Position numbers and translations under genes: made by a program
Shown here: piece after piece, positions 21,210-31,270 of the stretch
Position numbering within the stretch: position 1 is the first letter of the stretch
Layout of the letters: every line of letters begins with the position of its first letter
NCBI GenBank assembly: GCA_964019335.1
Contig: OZ025714.1
Coordinates: forward strand, 248,001 to 312,000
Length of the DNA stretch: 64,000 bases
Direction of reading: 5' to 3'
From: Diplonema japonicum
Lineage: Eukaryota > Protista > Euglenozoa: Diplonemea
Notes under the pieces: generated by a model
The model's database searches: none
The model's input: the letters and a program-made list of their open reading frames with translations, nothing else
Told to the model about the DNA's origin: nothing

Positions 21210-22592
21210 GGTCACCTCTCCGCTATTTGTCAATGCTTTTTTTCGAAAAATGCGAAAAAAACGCTTTTTTAAATTTTCACAAAGGGGCAGCATGCAACCA
21301 CAGGAAGTATGAAAGAAATGTGTAAATAGTCCCGAAAACTCCGTTAAAGGGCTTGCTTTTGAGAAAAAATACAATGTGCAGGGCTGAAACATAAAAATGA
21401 ACCGAAATTCGGCTGTCACGAAAATGGGGAAAATGCAGCAAATCCCGATTTATTCACCCAGAAACGCGCAGCATTTAACCATAGATCTCTTATTCAAAAT
21501 CTTATTGACAATCTGCAGCCAAAGAGGGGTCCCACTGGAAGGTGCTTTTGTCTCCGAAGATCGTACTGGGCACTAGTGAGCCAATTTGCGTTTTTTGGCC
21601 TGTTTTTGGCCCTCCTGATTCAGGCAATAAAATTAGATTTTTCTACACAGCGACACTTCTAAGTGCTTCAGAGTGCTCTTTTGGCCCAGCAAACACCATG
21701 AGGTACTTGTGGGGTGCTGTTGGGACTCTTGCAGCGGCTTTTCGGCATCTACTGCAAAGAGCCGGAGGAATTCACCAACGGGGTGGTTTCAGCAGAACAG
21801 CCCTTCCTCGACAAGGATGCCGACCCGAAGGACATCGTCAAGTTCTTTTCCTTGGACAACAGTGACACGCGTTTTTGTTACAGAACACGAGAGTCCCCTG
21901 CAAGGAAAACGCGTTCTGATGCATTGTCGGCAGGCATAGCCTGCGCTATTGTGACTTGGTGGCAAAATGAATCGATTCTGCATCAAAGTCGCAGAACAAT
22001 TCGTGTTTCTCCCGGGAGTGATCAACGCATTGGGCTGTGTTACGTCCAAGGCACTTTTATGAGTTCTACGTACGTACCTGGGCTCGGGTGCTGATGTAGT
22101 GGCTACTCCACCTTCCTGAAAAACCGCCCGAGACAAATCAGGCAGTGCCCACAGACACCGAGGTACTGATGCAAGACCCAAACCCGATACTTCTTAGAAG
22201 CCCACAACGCCGCTATGCGCCGTATCGGCCGCCGACTGCTCTGAAGTCACTACCCTTGAAGGGCTTCATGACTTCACAATGTGTGACCTTAACAGCTTCG
22301 ACTGCATGGCCCGAGGGAAGCTGGACAACAAGGTACCGGTTCTCGTAGCGTTTGAACACAGTTTGCACAACTTCGACATGGAATTAAAGGGAAAAGTAAT
22401 GTAAATCCGGCTTAATTTTCGCTGGGTTTAAAGAAAGCAAAAAAAAAACCAGACAGCACCTAGCCATGATTTTCTTATTCAAAATTTTATTCCACTTCTG
22501 GAGCAAATCTAGGCATGGCTTTTGATTTTTACACTTAAAGAAATATGAAGTTTTGCGGGCAGTACTTTGTGACAAATAGCGGAGAGGTGACC
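21210..22592 (+). mobile_element. Decayed DNA transposon, PIF/Harbinger-ISL2EU-like
   Basis: Perfect inverted repeats GGTCACCTCTCCGCTATTTGTCA (21210-21232 / 22570-22592) with ATAT on both flanks; homopolymer-poor interior; broken + strand remnants SGY, EAHNAAMRR and HSLHNF resembling DDE_Tnp_4 motifs. Confidence 0.8.
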
Positions 22593-22612
22593 ATATTTGT
22601 TTATAAGTACCG

Positions 22613-22629
22613 AGGGTTAACCGATCACC
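22613..22629. repeat. Solo copy of the terminus of the 39522-39726 MITE
   Basis: AGGGTTAACCGATCACC identical to 39526-39542. Confidence 0.6.
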
Positions 22630-23171
22630 GAGGGCAAAGAAGAATAAAAAAAAAAAACAGGGCAAGGGGAGGGCAAAAAAAAAAAGAATAAAAAAAATGG
22701 AAAGAGTAAAAAAGAAGAAAAATATCAGAATAAAAAAAAGAATAAAAAAAAGAAATCCTTATTTCTCTCCCTCCCTGGCTTTTCTTTTTTCTCTCTGGGG
22801 GGGGGGGGGGTGAACGCTGCACGGGATTCGGAAAAAAAGAAATAGAACACATAAAAAAAAGAAATAGGGAAGGGGTGTCACGTTTAGCCATACTCAATAA
22901 AAGAAAAGGAAAGAGAGAAATAAGTTTTTTCATATGCAACACTACTCTTCAATTGAGTGAGAAAGGCAAAAAAAAGAACAAAAAAAAAACATCTTTTAAA
23001 CAAAAAGCTCGGGGCGAAACATGGTTCTTTTTTTTTTCGTTCTTTACTCCCCCCCCCCCCCCCCCATTCTTTCCCCCAATCCCTCCCCATCCGCGGACAA
23101 AAAAAAATTCCCTTTCGATCGGTCATTTCTTTTTTTATTTTTTATTAAAAATAAAGAAAAAAAAAGGGTTA

Positions 23172-24793
23172 TCACTTCCGAATTTGGCTCATAATCTGTC
23201 GATATTTACATTTTCATCCCCTCCCCTCTCCCCCATACCTTTCGTTTGTCTCCAAAAGCAGTGATTCCTAAAGCCTCTTGCATATCAGCCTCAGAAAGTG
23301 AATGCAACACCACCCCGTCGATTGCGTTGGCTCTTACAGACTGCATTTTTTTTTTTTTTTTCCCCTTCCCCACCCTTTTCCCCTTTGTAACACATACAGC
23401 AGAGTAATCATTTGCAAGGCCTAGCGTTACCATCCAAGCACAGACTTCATCGACAGACGCGCCCTCCCCTGGCATGGTGGATGCAGTAGGAGAGGGGGAC
23501 TGCGACGTCGTTGCTGGAGAAGAACTGCTTTGCTCCTGTTATAGTTTTTTTTTTTTTTTTTTTCAAAAAAAAAAAAAAAAAAAAAAAACGTACCGCTGGA
23601 GGATCCCATGACGTTTCACCGGATTCTCTGTTGTACCAGTAGAGTTGACCGTCCTCCGCTTTTGCTTGTTTCCATCCGGATTTTTTCGCTTTCTTTTCCT
23701 TCTTCTCCTTCTTAGCGGGAGTGGCGTCAGGTTGTTGTTGTTGCTGCTCTGTTTTTTTCTGAGCCGCAGCCATGGCCGCGGCTGCCAAAGCCCCTGCCAT
23801 GGGGTTGGCGGCCTTCGCTTCCTCGAGGTCTCCCCCGGCGGCTTTCTTCTCCTTCTTCTCTTTCTTATCCTTCTTAACCTTTCTCACTTCGTTGGGATTC
23901 TCTGGTGCTTCCCACTGCGTCTCACCTGTAACGGTGTTGTACCAGTATTTATCGCCGTTTTCATCAGCGTACTGTCTCCAGACTTTCTTCTTGCGGGGTT
24001 TTGCTTGCATTGTGATCATGTGTACTTGCGCGTCAGGTCTAATGGAATGGACCTCGCCGGTAACTTGCATTGACTTTCCAAAATACAAATCAGGGAGGTT
24101 CCCCCTGATTTTATTTTCATAGTGCTGGAGGTAATCACCGATGTTCTGGACGTGGTGGCTGCTGTTGCCGAGGATTGCATCGTACTGCTTCCATTGTTTC
24201 GCGATGTTCCCCGCCATTTTGAAGGTGTACTTTCCGTCTGAACCCTTCTCCTTCTCGGTCATCCGGAGCATGATGGAAGTTGTCATTTGGTAGCAAGCAA
24301 GCTCGTCAGCAGGGTATTCCTGAACTGAGATAACGTGCATGGAGTTCCATGTTCCCACACCTTTAACGTCTTTTCTGATTAAGATGGAGCATGCCCATGC
24401 GTCGGTGTCACCTGTGTCCCAACAGTATACCGACGATATCCCGTCATCACCGTAATATTGTTTTGTGTAGACTGCGAAGATGGAGTTCATTTCGATTTCG
24501 AGCTCGCGGAGTTTCTTGCTGGGCCGGACTCCGTCTGTTAGTTCTGGGGTATATTCGTTGGAGTGGGGTGATCTGAAGCTGTCGGCGTCTCTGTTGAATT
24601 CGCATATGATGAATTCTTTACCCGTTTCCTTGCAGGTTCTGATCTTCAAGGGTTGGTCCACGTCCGCAAGAAGCTCCTCTGCAAAGTCGTCCTTCGGGAC
24701 CAGGGTGAGGATCGACGCTAGTGTTTTCGTCTGTCGAGCAGGAGGCATCCTCCTGACCAGATCAAGGGCAGCTTTTAACTGCTTCCGACTCAT
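23172..24793 (-). CDS. CAPZB: F-actin capping protein beta-like fused to two WW domains and a SAM domain; 3 introns, 487 aa
   Basis: ALDLVRRMPP, VDQPLK, EFNRDADSFRSP, ISSVYCWD; two W...YWYN..TGE..W.P units; spliced SAM-like end IDG..L..L...DMQEALGI..FGDKRKI. Confidence 0.85.
23196..23238 (-). other. GT-AG intron, 43 nt, purine-rich
   Basis: GTATGGGGGAGAGGGGAGGGG...CGACAG; joins GDKRK|IMSQIRK*. Confidence 0.8.
23341..23397 (-). other. GT-AG intron, 57 nt, G-runs plus A16
   Basis: GTATGT...GGGG A16 TGCAG; joins DYSA|SVRANAIDG. Confidence 0.85.
23536..23593 (-). other. GT-AG intron, 58 nt, T24-G-A19 foldback
   Basis: GTACG T24 G A19 CTATAACAG; joins the WW exon to the SAM frame. Confidence 0.85.
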
Positions 24794-25082
24794 TTTCTTT
24801 TTTTTTTCTCCCCCACCCCTCTTTTTTTGTCGTGTTGTGTCTTTGTTTTTTTTTTTGTAATGGTGGGGGGTGGGGGGAGGGTTTGTTTGCGGACTTTAAG
24901 ATTATATTGCCGGAAAAAAAAAAGTTTTTTTTTTGGACTTAAATAACTAGTAATGGAACTTTTTTTCTTTCCCCCCTCCCGCGATTTTTTTTCGAGGCAC
25001 CAGGCTATGGGGGCAAGAAAACGGCGAAAGAACTTCGGACAACTTTTTTGTTGGTAAATCTGGTATTTGTCCTATGTTACAC

Positions 25083-25131
<49 letters not shown>

Positions 25132-25335
25132 CTGGATAAAGGTATAAAGGTATAAAAAGAAGGGGTGAAAGGGGAAGATGAGGGGGAGGAAATAAAGAAA
25201 AAAAAAAAAAAAAAAAACAGAGAAACAAAAAAAAAGATCCCCCCCAAACCACTTGTATTGTTTTTTTTTTTTTCTTTTTTTTCTTTTTTCAAATTTCAAA
25301 AAAAAAACTTTTTGTTTTCCTTCTTTTTTTTTTTT

Positions 25336-25743
25336 TTACCGAAAGCCTCCTGTCGATTTGGGGCTTGAAGTGACTTCCCTCACCCACGCGCGGATGATCT
25401 TGTAGCTTTTTCGTCTCATCGTATCCGGGTCGTCCTTGAAGCAGCTTTCGATGAACTGGTGCTGAAGCAGGGACATGGCATTACTCCTGTCCTTGGCCGA
25501 CGCGTGCAGGGCAAGCTCCAGGAAACTAATGAAAGTGGGAGAGAAGTGCAGTTTTCTGAGCATGCTTGATGCAGAAGAAACCGCTTGCAAAAAATCAAGA
25601 TAATTGGAGTAGTTCTGTATCTCGGAAAAGGGGTACGCCCCAAAGCCCATCTCTGCCAGCACCACACCAAGGCTCCAGATGTCACTCTTCCCGTCATGTG
25701 CTTTCCCTTGCAACCGCTCGGGGCTCATATAAAGTTGCGTTCC

Positions 25744-25777
<34 letters not shown>

Positions 25778-26601
25778 GTACAATAAAAAAAAAAAAAAAA
25801 AAAAAAACCCGTACCGCAAAATGTGGAACCGGCGCCCAGTGTTTCACACTCCTTGGCGGTGCCGAAATCGGCGAGCTTCACCAAACCATCTTTGTTTACA
25901 AGGAGATTGTCGGGTTTGATGTCCCTGTGGGATTTTTTTTTTTTTTTTTTTTTTTTTCCCTCCCTCAACACACACCGATGTAAGCACGCATGTTTTTGAG
26001 AATGGAGGAAATTCAAGGCGGAAAGGGTTTGAAACGCCACGCTGGTAACGACGCTCTCGGATATCCGTGATCCTCCACGTGCGGAAATAAGGCTGCCGAG
26101 AGAGCCTTTGTCCATGTATTCCATCACGATCCACACCTCCTGGTCGGAGACGGTGAACGCTTGGAAGGTTTTGACGATATTGGAATGGGTGCGCTCGTTG
26201 ATAGAGCGCCGTAAGAAGCCGAGCTCCTTTTCGACACCTTCGCCGCCGATGCCTTTTATCTTCTTGACTGCTACATTACGCTTGTCCCCTTTGCTTGTTA
26301 CAACATGTGCTTTGACGACCTTCCCGTATGCCCCGCACCCTAGTTCGTTTTCTTCTACAATGTCACGCCATGTTATGCTTCGGGAGCCGGTTGGTGTTTC
26401 TTGGTCGGTGGTGGGTGTTTCCACAGTTGTTTCACCGATGTCGGTGATGACTGTGTGTTGCAAGCCCATTATCACCTTGCCCTTGTCCGGGTTGGTGTCG
26501 ATTTCCTCTTCATTCTTCACCTTTGTGGCGAGGGGTCCCACGTCTCGCCGTACGACGTCTTGCGGGAGTAGCGGGGCGATGTTCGGACGTTTCTTAGGCA
26601 T
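25336..26601 (-). CDS. STE7/MAP2K-like protein kinase; 2 introns, 380 aa
   Basis: GxGxYG, VAVKK, HRDIKP (after splicing), DFG, FCGTQLYMSPER, N-terminal KKRP.I.PL docking-like motif. Confidence 0.88.
25743..25814 (-). other. GT-AG intron, 72 nt, T23 plus T28
   Basis: GTACGGG T23 ATTGTACGTA T28 ATAG; restores FCG-TQLYMSPE. Confidence 0.92.
25925..25975 (-). other. GT-AG intron, 51 nt, G-rich plus A25
   Basis: GTGTGTGTTGAGGGAGGG A25 TCCCACAG; restores catalytic-loop LHR-DIKP. Confidence 0.92.
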
Positions 26602-26797
26602 TTTTTTTTTTTCTTCTTTTTTTTTGAAAATATATTTTTCCGTGTGTGTGTGTGTGTGTTTCCACACCCCGCCACCCACCCCCCTCCCACCGTCAACCAC
26701 CCCCTTGCCCTCCTTTTTTGTTGTCGACACGTGAATATGGTTTAAAACATATTTTTTCTTGTTTTTAAACTTTTTTTTTTTTTAAAAAAATTTATGT

Positions 26798-27871
26798 TCA
26801 CGTCAGTTTTACCATAAAGGGGTTCTCGGGGAGCACAGGGTCGCCTTCGCGGTCGTTCAGGTGGTGGTCCATGAAAAAGTGCGAGGCTTCGACCCATGCC
26901 TTATGAGCGTCCTGAGGATCCTTATAGTCTATCATAGGGTTGGCCCACACAGGGAGGATGAACGAGAAGTCCGACCACAACGTGTGCTTCGTATTTGGAA
27001 TGTAATACGAGTGCTGGAACGATGTGAACTGCCGTGTCGGTACGCCTTCCGGCCCGTCGGCAAAGTATGATGATAAAATGGAAAGTGTTTGTCGGGGAGG
27101 CACCACATCAGGAAGGAGCGGTTTTGACCAAATGTCAAACAGTAACATACATTTAACATTACCGTCGACAAGGCCGTTGGTGACGGTGTGGGCGGCGCCG
27201 AAGGAATGTCCGGCGAGAACGACTTTGTTGAGATTGACATTTGAGAAAAGCTTGTCTTGTTCATTCACCTTCTTCCCCACGAAATCGAGCACGGAGTCCA
27301 ACTCCGATTTTCGTTTTGTTAAGAAAGGCTTGCGAAACTCCCTCACCTCGTCACGATTTTCGTAAATCAAATCTGCTGGTGGGGCTCTATACTGTACTTC
27401 ACCACTGCTGCTTGTCCCATCTTGGTGATCGATAGTGACTACCATTGCACCATATGAGGCTAGTTCACGGCCTAGTTGAGTGTACATATCAGAGCTTCCG
27501 TACAAACCATGGGAAAATACAATTAATGGTAGGTCCAGTCCTTTTAGAACTTCTGCGTTTTCCTTGTTGGGGTGGCTTTGGTATGAAAGGAAGATGGGGA
27601 GGATCCTCTCCAAGAATTTTGAGTTGTACGCCTTGCCGATTCCCGTCACGAAGGAGTGGGGGGTGTAGATACCGGTTTCGCCGGTTTCGGTCTCTGCTGG
27701 GTAGATGCAGTGCATCCACAACCCTCCCTCGCTTCGGAATCTTGAAGATCCCAAATGCTTGTACTTCCCGAGCACTTCTGGGAAATTCCTCGCTGGATTC
27801 ATCATATATCTTGCCGTTAACACCGCCACTGCGGTCAGCCCGAAGACCGCACCGGCTGCTTCAGCTAGCAT
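26798..27871 (-). CDS. PAF-acetylhydrolase-like alpha/beta hydrolase
   Basis: PLIVFSHGL, ELASYG, DHQDG, GHSFG nucleophile elbow. Confidence 0.85.
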   Translation of the reverse strand: MLAEAAGAVFGLTAVAVLTARYMMNPARNFPEVLGKYKHLGSSRFRSEGGLWMHCIYPAETETGETGIYTPHSFVTGIGKAYNSKFLERILPIFLSYQSHPNKENAEVLKGLDLPLIVFSHGLYGSSDMYTQLGRELASYGAMVVTIDHQDGTSSSGEVQYRAPPADLIYENRDEVREFRKPFLTKRKSELDSVLDFVGKKVNEQDKLFSNVNLNKVVLAGHSFGAAHTVTNGLVDGNVKCMLLFDIWSKPLLPDVVPPRQTLSILSSYFADGPEGVPTRQFTSFQHSYYIPNTKHTLWSDFSFILPVWANPMIDYKDPQDAHKAWVEASHFFMDHHLNDREGDPVLPENPFMVKLT

Positions 27872-27952
27872 TCTTTTTTTTTTAATTTTTTTTTTTTTTT
27901 AAAAACCCCCCGCTTTTTTTTTTTTTTTTTTTGTTGCACGGCATTGAAGGGG

Positions 27953-27983
<31 letters not shown>

Positions 27984-30620
27984 GAAAGGAAAACACAACA
28001 TTTATCAATACAAAAAAAAAAGCACAGTATCAGGGTTTTTTTTAAAAAAAATAGGAATTTTTTTTGGGGGGGAGTCTTTTTTTTTTTTTTTTTTTCCTTC
28101 AGGTTTTTTCATTGAAGTTCGTGAGTGTGGGGGTGGTGTGGGGTCGGTCCCTTCTCTTTTTAAAACAAGAACAACAGGGGCAACTTTATCCCGCCGCCCC
28201 ACAACTACTTCTCAGAGAAAAGAAGGAAAAAAAAAAACTTCTTTGTTTGCGCAAGCATGTCTACCACTCTCTTACAAGCAACCAAAGTAGCATCTGTGGG
28301 TTGCAGGTCGAGAAATATTAGGGGGGGGGAAAAAAGAAAGATAAAGGACAAGCAGAAAGCTCTTTTAGCGGGGGGGGGGATGAATTTGAAAAAAGAAATT
28401 CACTGTGATGGGGAGGGCGGGTGTTAGCAAAGACCTTCCAAAAAGAAAAAAAAAAGAGAGAAAAAGAAAAAGAAGAAAGAAACTCAAAGATCAGCTTGCT
28501 AAGGCGATGGATGCGACTTAAGGAAAAAAGGCGATGTTTAAGGGCAAATCCCACTCGAGGACCACCCTGGAGGAAAAAAAAAAAGAATAAAATGCGATGC
28601 CTAAGGGCAGGTCCCACCTTCAGGACCTCCTTTAAACAAAAAAAAACAAAATGAGGGGGAGGGAGCGACAAAGAAAGAAAAGAAATCTAATGAAAAAAAA
28701 AAAAAAAAAGGAAAAAGACCAAGTTGACATCACTTTTCTTTCCTCCCAAAAGCAACAAATAGTTATGAAACAAGGTGAGGGGAGGGGAGGGGGAGGGTAG
28801 TTAGGTAAAAGAGAGAAGGAGCAGGGCGGGAAGGAAAAAAGAAGAAAAAAAGAAAGGAAAAAAAAAAACTAAAAACAAGTTTTTTTTTATTTAATATTTT
28901 CGTCCTCCTTCCCCCCTCCTTCCCCTCGTTTCGCACGATGCAGTTGTTTTTATATTTCTCTCTTCAAAAATAACAGTTGATTTTTTTTTTTTTTTTCCTT
29001 TTTTTTAATCCCCCTCAGAACTTAATACTTCCTTAACGAAGACAAGGGATAACGAAAAATTCACTCCCCATTCAAACCCTTCATTATTTCGTTTTCTTTT
29101 TTTTTTCCCGAAAGAAGAGATCAAAGGGAGGGGTGATAGAGAGATCGCTTGAATTTTTTAAAAAAAGTTCTCTCCCCCCCCCCCCCCCCCCCCGACCGAC
29201 TTACTTGCTGTTTAATGAGCAATCATTATATTAGCCTCGTAACCGTTCGGAAACTCGGGTTAAATTACGACTCAAAAATTTGTGGCAAATAAAATTGCTA
29301 TTTTTTTTTCTTTTTTCCTCTTTTTTTTTTTAATCATTTCCCCTTCGGCAGATGTGGCTCCCCTTCTGCGCTGAAGGACGCTGGCCCCGGTGGGACCTGA
29401 GATTCCCAGAATCCGAAACCATGGTGCGCCCCCTATTATACTATTCCTTTGAAGAAAAAGCAAAATGAACGAGAATAAAAAACAAAGAAAAAAAAAAGAA
29501 AAAAAAAAGAAAAAAAAAAACGAAGGGCCTGGAAGAAACTAGTTTGGTGCGATGTAAGTTGAGTTTGTGCGCACGAGCGGAATTTTACCTAATAAAATAG
29601 CTCATTACGCTGCCATCAACTAGTTTTTAAGTTTCGACAATAATTTTCTGTTTAAACAAACCTAAAGAATTGAGGGAAAAATTTTGTTGTTGAGAAAGGG
29701 AGGGAGAGGGGGGGGGGGGGGGGGGGGGAAGAGGAGGAGGGAACCATACAACCCTCAATAATTTTTAAATTCTCAATTCTTGCACCAAAAATTAATTTGG
29801 CCACAGAAGAAAAATAAGGGCGCTGTTAATTGCCGGGCCAAAAGAGCCCTGGAGAAAGCTTGGGAGGAGGGGGGTAGAGGGAAAAAAACATTCTTCTCTT
29901 CCCTTTTCTTGGCCTATCTTTTTTTTTTTTTTTTATCTTTCATTTTCTTGCAAGAAAAGAAAAAAAACCCCTCCCATCCCGATTAAAATAATAAAAAATG
30001 AATGTAAATGAGTTTAATGGATTGGAGGAGAAAGAGAAACAATAAAAAAAAAAAAAATGGAAAACTTGAGAAGTGTTGACATTAGATGGCGTTAACAGTG
30101 CAGCCCCACCATAGTCTACTTGGTTACAGGGGTCGCCCCCCTTCATAGATAAAGGACTGGAAAAAAGAATGAAGGAAAAAAAAAAAGAAAAAAGAAAAAA
30201 AACTGATAAGCTGGAACGAGAGGAAGAAAAAAAATCCGCACGTCATTCAGCTTTTCAATAAAACAGTAACACAAGCACATCGAATTGGGCGGGGAAGGGA
30301 GGGGGAAGGGGAGGGTGTGGGAGTGAGGAGCGAAAGGGGGGGGGGTCGTTTCCTCCCCCCCCCCTCCTTCCCCCCTTTTTTTTTCCCTCTCTTGGAAAAA
30401 CCTGGCATCTTCTCTCTGTCACCCACGCAGCAACTGCCAAAAAAAATAACCGGGAAAAAAAAAAAATAAGGAAGCCAGGAGGAGAGGGAAAAAAAAAAAA
30501 AAAAAAAGAAGAAGAAGAACCACCATAAAATCTCGTAGTCACCACGGGGGAGGAGAACCTTCACTTCGAACATATTTTTTTTTTTATTTCACTCTTCGTC
30601 ATTTTCTTCACTCACTAGGG

Positions 30621-31135
30621 GCCTCATTATTTAACGCGAAATGGCCATTATTTAACGCGAAACGGCCATTATTTAACGCGAAATCGCCATTATTTAACTA
30701 GTTAAATAATGAGATTTTGCAGTTAAATAATGGCCCTTCAGAGTGAAAAAATGGGTCTTGTCGTGGAAAAAAATGCACCCAACCCCTTGAAAAATTTTTT
30801 TGGGGTGGGGGTATTTTGACTATTTTTGGCCATCTGAGGCCATTCCAGCCCTTAAAAGTGGGAATAAGTGCCTTACTTCCCCTTTAAATGCCACGGCGAA
30901 ATAGCTACCCTGTATTACCTTAGGAAAATCCCCAAAAAGCTGACCTGCGTGAAAAAAAACAGCAGTGAAAGCAGTGAAGAGTGAGTGACTCAAATGACGA
31001 AGAGTGAAATAAAACGACTTACTTGCCGCCAAATGAGCCATTATTTAACACTCGTTACCCGTTTTTTTGCACTCGGGCCCTGCGGGCCCTCGTGCAAAAA
31101 ATTCGGGAACTCGAGTTAAATAATGACTCATTATT
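30621..31135. repeat. Element built on CATTATTTAAC motifs (21-bp tandem repeat plus palindromes), probable non-autonomous transposon
   Basis: Motif starts at 30625, 30646, 30667, 30688; 24-nt perfect palindrome 30688-30711; inverted copies near 30722 and 31114; direct copy near 31039. Confidence 0.7.
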
Positions 31136-31270
31136 TGTTGGCAATAAATAGTTATTTTCCCTTCTTTTATTTTATTTATCCATTTCTTTCTTTTTTTTTT
31201 TTTTTTTTTCTCCCTCAGAAGTGTCGGACCCCTCCCCCCACAGGCAATAAAAAAAATAATAAAAAAAAAC

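Noticed and set aside
27900-30600. Many short poly-K/poly-F ORFs in intergenic DNA
   Set aside because: A/T runs lack stop codons; no coding signal.
30625-30711. CRISPR-like repeat array
   Set aside because: The 10-nt spacers are near-identical, the context is eukaryotic and no cas genes are present.
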